Positions 29,888-39,069 of a stretch of 64,000 nucleotides of DNA are shown here, piece after piece. The DNA comes from Bacteriovoracaceae bacterium (GTDB lineage Bacteria > Bdellovibrionota > UBA1018). The stretch spans positions 211,911-275,910 of the forward strand of contig CANFJX010000001.1 in the NCBI GenBank assembly GCA_947447665.1, read 5' to 3'. Below the pieces are notes generated by a model. That model saw only the letters and a program-made list of their open reading frames with translations, did not search any database and was not told the DNA's origin. The position numbers and the translations under genes were made by a program. The first letter of the stretch is position 1. Each line of letters begins with the position of its first letter.

Positions 29888-30347
29888 TAATCAAGAAGCA
29901 CCGAAATCAGCAGAAAATCGAGACACTGTCCAGTTTTCTACTTTTTTTGTCTCAGGTCGGCTCTATGGAATTGACGTGAGTTCAGTCCAAGAGGTGACTA
30001 AGTCACTTCCAATCACTGAGGTCCCGCTAGCGCCGAATTATATTCACGGATTAATCAATCTCAGAGGCCAAATTGCCACGGCTGTAAGCCTGAGAGACCT
30101 TTTCGAATTGAAAGACCCAGCACCGAACGAATTTATGAACGTAGTCTGTCGTCTCGACGGAGTGCTTATTTCCCTTCTGGTGGATGAAATCGGGGATGTC
30201 ATCGAACTCAGCCAAAACTCCTTTGAGCCTACACCCGACACGATATCTCCTAAGGTAGCTAAATTTATGGACGGAATTTATAAAATACCAGGTCATTTAC
30301 TCAGTATAATTGAAGTAAAAAGAGTACTTGGCGTTTTGAACGAATAG
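29865..30347 (+). CDS. cheW: Chemotaxis coupling protein CheW
   Basis: It has the single CheW domain pattern (FFVSGRLYGIDVSSVQEV); 160 aa. Confidence 0.8.
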   Translation: MSEPSLTSNQEAPKSAENRDTVQFSTFFVSGRLYGIDVSSVQEVTKSLPITEVPLAPNYIHGLINLRGQIATAVSLRDLFELKDPAPNEFMNVVCRLDGVLISLLVDEIGDVIELSQNSFEPTPDTISPKVAKFMDGIYKIPGHLLSIIEVKRVLGVLNE

Positions 30348-30381
30348 TTTATTAATTTAATAAAATAGAAGGAATATTAAA

Positions 30382-31968
30382 ATGCAAGAGACAGAAATAG
30401 GTACTAAAAGAGCTAGCGTTTCAATGGTGGTGGATTCTGATTTTTCTTCGGCAGAAGAAATTAAGAGCCTTTTGGAAAATTCTCCTACTAATGTTATTTA
30501 TTGCGATATCCACAATAATTTTACTATTCGCTATATGAATAGAAAAAGTATCCAAACGCTTCAAAGTTTAAGTAAACACCTTCCTATCTCTCCTGACAAA
30601 ATGATAGGGGCCAGTATTGATGTCTTCCACAAGGCGCCAGAACACCAGAGGAGGATGCTTGCCAATGACAAGAACCTACCGCATCACGCCGTCATTGAGC
30701 TAGGTCCTGAAAAACTTGATCTCTTAGTCTCTCCGATCTATGACGGCAAAGGAAAATATGTGGGGGCCATGCTCACTTGGGACATCATCACAAAAAGGCT
30801 TGAGGTCGAGAGCAATCTCGCCCGAATTGAGTCGATGATGGAGAATGCTCCCGTCAATACGCTACTTGCAGACCGGGATTTAAAACTCGTCTACATGAAT
30901 AAGAAAAGTCGGGAGACCCTCCAAAGACTCGAGAAGTTCCTGCCCAAACCGGTCAATCAGCTCATTGGTCAATCGATTGACATCTTTCACAAAAATCCAG
31001 CTCATCAGCGAAAAATGCTCGCAGATGACCGGCTCTTGCCCCACAAGGCGAGGATTCAGGTAGGTGATCAAATCCTTGAGCTTTTAGTCTCAGGAATTTA
31101 TGATCAGAATCGAACTTATCTAGGCCCTATGGTCACTTGGGACATTATCACGGAGAAAGTAGCCCTTGCTAAAACTCTAGAGAGCACGGCCAATGAACTG
31201 GGAGCTGCAGCCAATGCGCTGTTTTCTACAGCCACCCGACTTTCGGAAAACTCTGAGCTTACCGCTAGTCAATCGATTCTGGCAGCCGCCAATACGGAGG
31301 AAGTGTCCAAGGGCGTCCAAACAGTTGCAACGAACACCGAAGAGATGGTGGCATCGATCAAGGAGATCGCGCGAAACTCTTCTGAAGGAGCCAACCTTTC
31401 TCGGGACACTCTAGCAAAAGCCCAAGAAACGAACAAGACGATCACCCAGCTCGGTCTCAGCAGCCAGGAGATTGGGAATGTAATTAAGGTAATTAGTTCG
31501 ATTGCTCAACAGACCAACCTATTAGCGCTCAATGCGACGATCGAGGCAGCTCGCGCCGGAGATGCAGGAAAGGGGTTCGCGGTTGTCGCCAATGAGGTCA
31601 AGGAACTCGCTAAGCAGACCGCCAAAGCAACCGAGGATATCACTAATCGAATTGGTGCAATTCAAAAGGACTCCCAAGGTGCTGTCGCTGCCATTGGCGG
31701 AATCTCAAACGTCATCGAGAAACTAAATAGCATCTCTATGGCTATTGCAGCTTCGATTGAGGAACAGACTGCGACGACTAATGAGGTCGCTCGGGTGGTC
31801 AAGGTCTCCAATCAAGGCGTCGATGGGATCGCAGAAGTCGTGAAATCAGTATCTTCAGCGGCGAAGCAAAGCTCTGCCGGAGCCTCCCAAACGATGGAAG
31901 CCGCCAAAAGTTTGGCCAGCCTTGCAGATCGTCTGAAAAAGCTCGTAAATAGTGTGCAAGCTGAATGA
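30382..31968 (+). CDS. Cytoplasmic methyl-accepting chemotaxis protein with two tandem PAS-like sensing modules
   Basis: There is no TM segment. Two roughly 120-aa repeats ([25 protein letters not shown]... and [25 protein letters not shown]...) are followed by the MCP signalling domain ([31 protein letters not shown]). Confidence 0.85.
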   Translation: MQETEIGTKRASVSMVVDSDFSSAEEIKSLLENSPTNVIYCDIHNNFTIRYMNRKSIQTLQSLSKHLPISPDKMIGASIDVFHKAPEHQRRMLANDKNLPHHAVIELGPEKLDLLVSPIYDGKGKYVGAMLTWDIITKRLEVESNLARIESMMENAPVNTLLADRDLKLVYMNKKSRETLQRLEKFLPKPVNQLIGQSIDIFHKNPAHQRKMLADDRLLPHKARIQVGDQILELLVSGIYDQNRTYLGPMVTWDIITEKVALAKTLESTANELGAAANALFSTATRLSENSELTASQSILAAANTEEVSKGVQTVATNTEEMVASIKEIARNSSEGANLSRDTLAKAQETNKTITQLGLSSQEIGNVIKVISSIAQQTNLLALNATIEAARAGDAGKGFAVVANEVKELAKQTAKATEDITNRIGAIQKDSQGAVAAIGGISNVIEKLNSISMAIAASIEEQTATTNEVARVVKVSNQGVDGIAEVVKSVSSAAKQSSAGASQTMEAAKSLASLADRLKKLVNSVQAE

Positions 31969-33056
31969 AGGTACTTATTGTTGACGACTCGGTCGTATTT
32001 AGATCCCAAATCGCTGCTGCACTGACAGGCACCCCCCAAATCGAGGTCGTCGGATCAGCTCCGAATGGGAGCATTGCGCTTCAGAAGCTTGATCAGCTCT
32101 CGGTGGATCTAGTGACCCTGGATATGGAGATGCCAGACATGGACGGCATCGCTGTACTAAAGGCGATTCGAGAACGCAAACATAAGGTACGAGTCATCAT
32201 ATTTTCTGCCCAAACGATCCGAGGCGCAGAAAAGGCGCTTCAGGCGTTGAAGGCGGGAGCAGACGACGTGATCTCAAAGCCGTCCAGCAGCGAAGAGGCG
32301 ACGGATTACAAATCCCCTCAAGAGCGAATTCGGGAAATTCTAGTGCCAAAAATTCACCAATTCCTAGAAAAACGGGAGAAAACTTCGCTTACTCCAGAAC
32401 GCCGCGAAGAAAAACTCGAACTATTTCCCAAAACTCCCCCTCTAGGAGCATTCGAAAAACTCCCTCTGACGGGATTTCAGCCCTCAGCTGTGGTCATTGC
32501 TTCTTCGACCGGAGGCCCGACTGCCCTTGAAACCATTTTTACGCAAATCCCACAATCATTAGAGATCCCTATAATCATAGCCCAACACATGCCACCCGTT
32601 TTTACACAAATACTAGCCAAGAGACTAGGGGACCTCTCGAAGAAGCCATGCAACGAGGCTAAACATGGCGATATTTTAAAGCCTGGTCACATTTATGTCG
32701 CACCTGGAGACTACCACCTCCAAGTAGCCCACTCCTCAGGTGAAGTCGTACTGGAACTCAATCAAGGCCCGCAAAGGAACTCTGTTAGACCAGCTGCCGA
32801 TTATCTTTTTGAATCTGCGGCGGCGGTTTTTAGAAATCGGCTTTTAGGAATCGTACTTACCGGAATGGGGCAAGATGGTCTACAGGGCTCTATTGCCATT
32901 AAGCAAGCCGGGGGCCGCATCCTGATCCAGGACGAACCATCGTGTGTCGTCTTTGGCATGCCGGGAGCGGTATTCAAAGCCAATTGCTATGATGGAATGG
33001 GAGATCTCCAGATGATTTCCGGCGTACTACAAAAGTTATCGGAAAACCTACATTAA
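31965..33056 (+). CDS. cheB: Chemotaxis response regulator protein-glutamate methylesterase CheB
   Basis: The receiver ([11 protein letters not shown]...[10 protein letters not shown]) is followed by a methylesterase domain ([16 protein letters not shown]). Confidence 0.85.
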   Translation: MKVLIVDDSVVFRSQIAAALTGTPQIEVVGSAPNGSIALQKLDQLSVDLVTLDMEMPDMDGIAVLKAIRERKHKVRVIIFSAQTIRGAEKALQALKAGADDVISKPSSSEEATDYKSPQERIREILVPKIHQFLEKREKTSLTPERREEKLELFPKTPPLGAFEKLPLTGFQPSAVVIASSTGGPTALETIFTQIPQSLEIPIIIAQHMPPVFTQILAKRLGDLSKKPCNEAKHGDILKPGHIYVAPGDYHLQVAHSSGEVVLELNQGPQRNSVRPAADYLFESAAAVFRNRLLGIVLTGMGQDGLQGSIAIKQAGGRILIQDEPSCVVFGMPGAVFKANCYDGMGDLQMISGVLQKLSENLH

Positions 33057-33072
33057 ACTAAGGGGGGAACTG

Positions 33073-33459
33073 ATGAAAAACTTTGGACAATTCCTAGTTG
33101 AAAAAAAAATTCTCTCCAAGGAGCATCTACTCGACTGTTTTTTAGAGCAGCTCTCCTCAATGCCAGCGATTTGTCAACTAGCAAGAGATAAAAACATTTT
33201 AAGCACAGACCAAATTCTCCAGGCTCTCGAGCTTCAGTCAAAAAATGAAATCGGATTTAAAGAGGCATGCCTGAATTTAGGACTTTGGAGCAATGAGACT
33301 GATACAGCCGTCAAAAAAGAGCTATCATTGATCCGTACGCCCCTTGGAAATATCCTACTCAAACGCGGTTTGATCAGCCTCCATGATCTCACCAGGGCTC
33401 TGGACGAATTTTTCTCTGATGATAGTCATTTATCATCTATTCCTAATTCCTCTTCTTGA
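33073..33459 (+). CDS. Standalone T2SSE_N/MshEN-like domain protein (putative c-di-GMP-binding)
   Basis: The 128-aa protein has repeated segments fitting the MshEN consensus RLGxxLLxxGLIxxxxLxxALxxQ. These are FGQFLVEKKILSKEHLLDCFLEQ, KNILSTDQILQALELQ and LGNILLKRGLISLHDLTRALDEFF. Confidence 0.45.
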   Translation: MKNFGQFLVEKKILSKEHLLDCFLEQLSSMPAICQLARDKNILSTDQILQALELQSKNEIGFKEACLNLGLWSNETDTAVKKELSLIRTPLGNILLKRGLISLHDLTRALDEFFSDDSHLSSIPNSSS

Positions 33460-33513
33460 ATTCCACCCGAAAAATGCCATAATTAGAGCATAGAAGGCTG
33501 GAAATTAAATACG

Positions 33514-34353
33514 ATGGAATTCTCTCAAGAAAAAATCCGATTTTTTGCAAAATATATCGAAAAAGAACTGGGAATTGTCTATTCAGACTCCAACTACTTC
33601 CAACTCGAACACAGACTGAGCGATATCACTTCTCAGCTAGGACTTAAAAGTCTCGAGGACCTCTGGATGAGGGCGACCTCAGGAATCGATACTCAACTCA
33701 AGGAACTCCTTCTAGACATTGCAACTAATAACGAAACCAGTTTTTTCAGAGACCCTTCCCTATTTGTCGGTCTCGTAAAATCGATTGTCCCCGAGCTTTT
33801 GTCGGCTAACCCCCAACTGAAGGAACTTCGAATCTGGAGCGCTGCCTGCAGTAATGGCCAAGAGCCCTACTCGATTGCAATGGCCTTAGATGAGGCTCGA
33901 TCTGAAAATCCAAATTTTCCCAATTATAAAATCCTTGCCACCGATTTTTCTGAGCGGGTTCTTTCTCGAACCAAAGCAAGAACGTATTCCCAATTGGAGT
34001 TGCAGCGAGGACTTTCGGCTTCTCGTCTACAAAGATATTTTGATCCCGGATCAGCGCCTAACACTTGGGTACTCAATAGCCGAATTCCGCCCTCAAACTT
34101 TCAGTTTCAACAACTCAACCTTCTCGATCCCTGGAATTTTGACCATAATTTTCATATCGTGTTTTGTCGTAACGTTCTCATTTACCAAAACGTCGACAAT
34201 AAAATTCGAGTGATCGACAAGATTTTAAAAGTTTTTGAGAAGGATGCTTATCTTGCCCTGGGAGCTGCCGAGAGTCTACTAGGTATCTCAGACTTGTTTG
34301 AACAGGTGCATTTCGAAAATTCCGTTTTTTATCGAAAAAAGCGGTCGAATTAA
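33514..34353 (+). CDS. cheR: Chemotaxis protein methyltransferase CheR
   Basis: The SAM-binding region IWSAACSNGQEPYSIAM and the CheR N-terminal helical domain are present. Confidence 0.85.
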   Translation: MEFSQEKIRFFAKYIEKELGIVYSDSNYFQLEHRLSDITSQLGLKSLEDLWMRATSGIDTQLKELLLDIATNNETSFFRDPSLFVGLVKSIVPELLSANPQLKELRIWSAACSNGQEPYSIAMALDEARSENPNFPNYKILATDFSERVLSRTKARTYSQLELQRGLSASRLQRYFDPGSAPNTWVLNSRIPPSNFQFQQLNLLDPWNFDHNFHIVFCRNVLIYQNVDNKIRVIDKILKVFEKDAYLALGAAESLLGISDLFEQVHFENSVFYRKKRSN

Positions 34354-37067
34354 GCTGCAACAAGCTCCTCTGGATCAATGACGGTAATTGTTCTACCCCC
34401 CAGGACAAGATTGCCTTGAATACCTCGCTGGTCCGCTATAGGAGGTTCTAAGTTACCGTTTGAACTCGCGATATCTATGATTTGCTTCACTTTGAAAGCA
34501 AGATACCTCTGATGACTCGCCATGACGATGACTTGAATTCGACTTCCGGTCGAGGCATTCACTTCCATCGCCGAACCTAAAAGCTCACTCATATTTAAGA
34601 TGGGTAAGATTTGTTTGCGATAAGGAATCACATTAAAATTACCGGACTTCTGAATTGAGTCAGCATCAAACTCCTCAAGCCTAAACACTGAATTTCTAGG
34701 AATGGCAAAAACCCCTGGAATGCTGAGCTCAAAAAGTAACCAGTCCGCGCTCTGAGTTGACCCATTTTGTAATTGAGTTTGTAACTTCTTCTCTTTACTT
34801 TTGAACAGTTCGGTCCGTATGTGAGCGATCTTCGCGATGCCATCAACACTCAAAAGAAGGCCAATGGTTCCATCCGATAAGAAGGTTGCTCCAGAATATG
34901 CGTCTAGTTTTTTTAGACTCGGCGCAAGCTCCCGCACGACTGCATCTTCAAAGTCACGAATCTCGTCCACAATGAGTCCAAAATTTTTACCGCCCTCAGC
35001 TTTCACAACCACTACCGTGAACTGACTCGGAAGAACCGACAGCTGAGAAGAAAACAGAACAGCTCCAAGCGAGACAAGCGGAACTGACTCCGCTTCGCTT
35101 TCTCGGAGTAAAATCCCCCCCTCAAGTTCACAAATGAGTTGTTTTCGGACCTGCTCGTCGATCTGAATAAGCCGGACAATTTGATCTTGAGCCACTCCAA
35201 ATTCCTGTCCCCCTGCCATTACGAAAAGACAGTTCTTAATATGAACTGACTTCGGGATCGGCAACTCCAAAACAAAACAGGTCCCCTTTGATTTTTCAGT
35301 TTCAATTCGGATTCGCCCGCCAATACCCTCGACACTCGTTTTTACAGCACTGGTACCCACGCCACGACCAGAAATCTCCGTAGTCTGTGCTGCAGTACTG
35401 AATCCCGACTCAAAAATAAATCCATAGACTTCAGCATCCGGCATTAGAGCAGCTGCGGCCTCAGTCCTCATCCCCTTGCTCACAATTTTTTTTCGGATCG
35501 CCTCTACATCGATGCCCTTACCATCGTCGCGGACTTCGACCATGACGTGGTCATTCTTGAGAAAGGCCCGGACCAAGAGCATCCCTTTTTCACTTTTACC
35601 TAATCTCACTCGCTCCTCTGGAGTCTCGATCCCGTGATCAATACTGTTACGAAGCAAATGACTCATCGATGCGTTGAGAACTTCAGAAATGGAACTATCC
35701 ACTAGTAAATCTTCGCCTTCTATACGAAGCGAGCAGGATTTTTTGGTTTTTTCGGTTACGTCTCGCACCAGCCGTGGCAAAGTTTTAAAGACATTTTTTA
35801 ATGAGACTTTTCTGACCTCGGTAATTTTTCCCTGCACCATGGCGTTTACTTTGTGAAGCTCGTCGAGCAAGTCTCCGAGTTGGGTTACATCTTTGTCGGA
35901 CGAGTATCGCTTCTCGAGCGTTAAGACTGACTTATTGACCATATTCCTCACGACGGTCATCTCGCCAGAGGCGCGCAGTAACTGATCTAAAAGCTGAATA
36001 TCGATTTTAATACTGTTTTCTTTCACAGGGTGCGCGGTGCTCGCATTGGCGCTCGAGTCAGCTTCTTGTGCAGCTTCTTGTGTATCCGAGGGTGGTTCAA
36101 TATTGCCACCTCCTAAGATCACAGCGTCTGAAAAAACCTGGCAAAGATCCTCTAAATTATGTTCTTGCTGGATCTGCGTATCAAACTCTTTCAACAGTCC
36201 TCTAGAAATATCGACTACCTTGAGAGTGGCGGAGATAAAGGGTTGAGAAATTTTCAGGGTATTACCTTGGACCCGCTTCAAGACATCTTCGAAGCGATGG
36301 TAAAATCGATGGAGAGTTTGAGGCTGAAAAAAACTACTGGCCCCCTTGATTGTATGAACTATTCCAAAAAGGCTATTGAGCAATTCCTTCTTGGTAGGGT
36401 TCTGCTCCAACTCAAGAGCGAGGCTTTCAATCTGCTCAAAGCATCCCTTGGTTTCCTCAATAAAAGCGCAGAGTAGCTCCAAATCTTCGTAAATCGAGGC
36501 AATCCTTTTAATCAACTCGCCTGATAGCACCGAGGCGAGAGCCCCTCGATCGAAAGGCTTCTCTAAAAGCCCTACTTGGCTGAGGGGTTCGATTTTAGAT
36601 AGCAGTTCGGCTCGTTGACTATCCGCTAAAATGAGAAGTGGAACGACCTCTAAGGCTTTTGTGAATTCTGATCGAAATGCCAAAGCACTCATGTCTCCAA
36701 GCTCGGCGGGACAGATGACCAATAATATTCGAGAATGGTCTTGCCGTAAGCGTTGAAGAGCCTCTGCTCCAGAATGAGCCCTGACAATTTCAATACCCCA
36801 GTCGGCGCTGAGAAGCTCGGCCTGGTTAGTCGACTCCGGATCTAATGCGCAAATTAAAACGGTCGGTTTTATTTTCGGGTTAGCAGTCTTGAGCGGTAAA
36901 GTTCTGGACTCAATTTCTTTACAAAGATTGGCCCAGCTCATCCCTGCGTCAGGTGATTGATTCATCTGAGCAGACCTCGTACCATCAGAATTTGTAGGTT
37001 CATGACTCAATTTACTTCCTATGTTCCCTTTCGGAACAGAAGGATAGAAACTTGAGTCGAGAGGCAC
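34350..37067 (-). CDS. Second hybrid CheA-like histidine kinase (degenerate N-terminal REC-like - HPt - HATPase - CheW-like x2)
   Basis: It has the HPt motif HTIKGASSFF and HATPase motifs (LRNSIDHGIE, GRGVGTSAV), followed by two CheW-like segments. It is convergent with cheR. Confidence 0.8.
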   Translation of the reverse strand: MPLDSSFYPSVPKGNIGSKLSHEPTNSDGTRSAQMNQSPDAGMSWANLCKEIESRTLPLKTANPKIKPTVLICALDPESTNQAELLSADWGIEIVRAHSGAEALQRLRQDHSRILLVICPAELGDMSALAFRSEFTKALEVVPLLILADSQRAELLSKIEPLSQVGLLEKPFDRGALASVLSGELIKRIASIYEDLELLCAFIEETKGCFEQIESLALELEQNPTKKELLNSLFGIVHTIKGASSFFQPQTLHRFYHRFEDVLKRVQGNTLKISQPFISATLKVVDISRGLLKEFDTQIQQEHNLEDLCQVFSDAVILGGGNIEPPSDTQEAAQEADSSANASTAHPVKENSIKIDIQLLDQLLRASGEMTVVRNMVNKSVLTLEKRYSSDKDVTQLGDLLDELHKVNAMVQGKITEVRKVSLKNVFKTLPRLVRDVTEKTKKSCSLRIEGEDLLVDSSISEVLNASMSHLLRNSIDHGIETPEERVRLGKSEKGMLLVRAFLKNDHVMVEVRDDGKGIDVEAIRKKIVSKGMRTEAAAALMPDAEVYGFIFESGFSTAAQTTEISGRGVGTSAVKTSVEGIGGRIRIETEKSKGTCFVLELPIPKSVHIKNCLFVMAGGQEFGVAQDQIVRLIQIDEQVRKQLICELEGGILLRESEAESVPLVSLGAVLFSSQLSVLPSQFTVVVVKAEGGKNFGLIVDEIRDFEDAVVRELAPSLKKLDAYSGATFLSDGTIGLLLSVDGIAKIAHIRTELFKSKEKKLQTQLQNGSTQSADWLLFELSIPGVFAIPRNSVFRLEEFDADSIQKSGNFNVIPYRKQILPILNMSELLGSAMEVNASTGSRIQVIVMASHQRYLAFKVKQIIDIASSNGNLEPPIADQRGIQGNLVLGGRTITVIDPEELVAA

Positions 37068-37088
37068 TAGGGGCTAGAGGGCAGGTGA

Positions 37089-37373
37089 CTAACGCTTGCC
37101 GCCTTTTTGCATCTGCTGAAGCATGTCCATGGCAGCCCGAAGCTGAGCATCCATCTGCTGTCCGCCTCCTCGAGCTGCGCCCTTCATGGGGCCTCGGTTC
37201 ATACCGCCCATCATCTGCTGCATTCGACCCATGGCCTCATTCATGTTCTTGGCACCAGGAAAGGCCATCTTCATCATCTGCTCACTGGCCTGCTTAAGCT
37301 TGAAGAAGACAAAGACATTAATTGCAGTTAAAACGATGACCAAAATCCAACTCAAAATAATCCAAAATGACAT
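37089..37373 (-). CDS. Small membrane protein with a Met/Gln/Gly-rich low-complexity tail (94 aa)
   Basis: It has an N-terminal TM helix (FWIILSWILVIVLTAINVFVFF) and a GAGG-like RBS about 13 nt upstream. It lies 22 nt upstream of, and co-oriented with, cheA2. Confidence 0.4.
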   Translation of the reverse strand: MSFWIILSWILVIVLTAINVFVFFKLKQASEQMMKMAFPGAKNMNEAMGRMQQMMGGMNRGPMKGAARGGGQQMDAQLRAAMDMLQQMQKGGKR

Positions 37374-37498
37374 GGCGGCAACTTACCTCAGGACCCATTG
37401 AATTTCCACCGGTTTTGGCCAAAGTCCGACTTCAAGGCGGACCATCTTGAATTCTCAAGCAAAAGACAGAGTTCTGACGTTCAGCTCAGACGTGTTTT

Positions 37499-38290
37499 TT
37501 GCACTGCACCGGTGGCCTTATGACTATCCATCCTTTGAATGCCCCCTCTCTAGCTACTCTCCTATCCCAAGAAAAACCTCGAGAGCGATGTTTAGAAACG
37601 GGCCCCGCCTGTCTCAGCCTACGAGAATGTTTGGCTCTCATTTTGGGCTCAGGTCCCCCTGGATCGGGATGTCTCGGATTAGCACATCGAATCCTATCTC
37701 GCCCAGGCGAAGGCTTAGACCCTACAGAAGAGGAGCGTGCGTTTTTTATGGGGATGGAGTCCTGCGGTCGATCCCATCTGATCGAAATCAGGGGTTTAGG
37801 ACCCGCCGGCCAGGCCAGAATCCTCGCGGCCATGGAAATTGGTCGACGCTATGCCCTATTTCGGACCTCTCATGAGCGAGTCAAGCGGGGTAGATCCAGT
37901 TCTGACGTAGGCAACTCGCCCGCTCGACTCGCTCTTCAGGCTCTTCAGAGAGTTTCCGATCGCCTGAGATTTGAATCCCAAGAGTGGTTCGGATTTGTGC
38001 CCGTACACAGAACTGGGGAGGTCGGGCAGCTTTGCCTGGTTGAGAAAGGAAGCAGAACGCACGTAAACCTTGATCCGGTTGAGATTTTTGCACGCCTTCT
38101 TTCCCTGCGTCCTCAGGGATTCTTTTTGTTTCATAACCACCCATCTGGCTCACCCCATCCTTCGCAGGAGGACCGTCAACTCAGCCAACAGATCGATCGA
38201 GTCTCTCGTACCTTCGATATCCGCCTTCTCGGCCACTGGATTGTCAGCCCCCAAGAGGAATCCTGGATTTCCCCGGCGGCGATGTGTTAG
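37499..38290 (+). CDS. radC: RadC-family JAB/MPN domain protein
   Basis: It has the N-terminal RadC helix-hairpin-helix (LSLRECLALILGSG...IRGLGPAGQARILAAMEIGRR) and the C-terminal JAMM-like motif HNHPSGSPHPSQED. An alternative start lies at 37520. Confidence 0.7.
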   Translation: MHCTGGLMTIHPLNAPSLATLLSQEKPRERCLETGPACLSLRECLALILGSGPPGSGCLGLAHRILSRPGEGLDPTEEERAFFMGMESCGRSHLIEIRGLGPAGQARILAAMEIGRRYALFRTSHERVKRGRSSSDVGNSPARLALQALQRVSDRLRFESQEWFGFVPVHRTGEVGQLCLVEKGSRTHVNLDPVEIFARLLSLRPQGFFLFHNHPSGSPHPSQEDRQLSQQIDRVSRTFDIRLLGHWIVSPQEESWISPAAMC

Positions 38291-38302
38291 TACTCATCAC
38301 CT

Positions 38303-38935
38303 ATGATCACCCTCTGCGAAAAATGTTTATTGCCCGAAGGCCGGTGCATTTGCCCACACCTCAAGTCCGTTGAGACCCGACTTCAAGTTCTCATCCTGCA
38401 GCACCCCCAAGAGCCGGGGCACGACTTAGGAAGTGCGCAACTCGTCAAGCTCACCCTACCCAAGGCACAAATACGTACGGGTCTTTCATGGGCTAACTTA
38501 AAATCTGCTCTGGGAGGTCAGGAGGTTCAGCCCTCTCGCTGGGTGGTGCTCTATCTCGGGAGTGGCGTAAAAGGCACTGATCCCAAGGCGCAACCGAGCG
38601 TTTCCCCGCTCCGATTTGTATCAAACAAGGGAATACCAGTGAAAGCTCCTGCGTTCGAGGAGTTAGATGGGGTAGTCATCCTCGATGGAACCTGGAGTCA
38701 GGCTAAAACTTTGTGGTGGCGAAACGCGTGGCTACTCAAACTTAAGAGAGCCATCCTTAACCCGAAGGAAAAATCTCTCTACGGGAAACTCCGAAAAGAA
38801 CCCCGACGCGAATGTCTCTCCACACTCGAGTCCGCAGCAGAGGCGCTCGTGGCTCTGGGAGAACCGCCGGAAGCGAGTCAGCAGCTCAAAGATATTTTTA
38901 AAACCTTCCTCAACGCGAGCACTCAGAATAATTAG
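38303..38935 (+). CDS. DTW-domain protein (tRNA-uridine aminocarboxypropyltransferase TapT/TuaA family)
   Basis: The N-terminal CxxC...CxC cluster and the ILDGTW motif are present; 210 aa. It is probably in an operon with radC. Confidence 0.7.
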   Translation: MITLCEKCLLPEGRCICPHLKSVETRLQVLILQHPQEPGHDLGSAQLVKLTLPKAQIRTGLSWANLKSALGGQEVQPSRWVVLYLGSGVKGTDPKAQPSVSPLRFVSNKGIPVKAPAFEELDGVVILDGTWSQAKTLWWRNAWLLKLKRAILNPKEKSLYGKLRKEPRRECLSTLESAAEALVALGEPPEASQQLKDIFKTFLNASTQNN

Positions 38936-39069
38936 GAACTCGGACCGACCTACGCTCAAGCCAACCTCATCGCAGGCATAGAGATTGCACAAGCCGACGC
39001 CCATCAGCGTGGCTATTTTTTGCCCCGTTTAATGTGATCTCAATTTTTCTGTCTGAAGGAGGATTCTCA

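Noticed and set aside
37107-37331. 74-aa His-rich plus-strand ORF (MHLLKHVHGSPKLSIHLL...)
   Set aside because: It is the mirror image of the Met-rich minus-strand ORF (ATG vs CAT codons). The minus-strand ORF has a TM helix, an RBS and operon context with cheA2, so the plus-strand ORF is likely a shadow artefact.
37447-38306. Multiple long overlapping ORFs on both strands (37447..37875+, 37486..37833-, 37856..38140-, 37881..38153-, 38070..38306+)
   Set aside because: They are a consequence of locally elevated GC (few stop codons). Only the frame containing RadC HhH and JAB motifs (37499..38290) has recognisable signatures.
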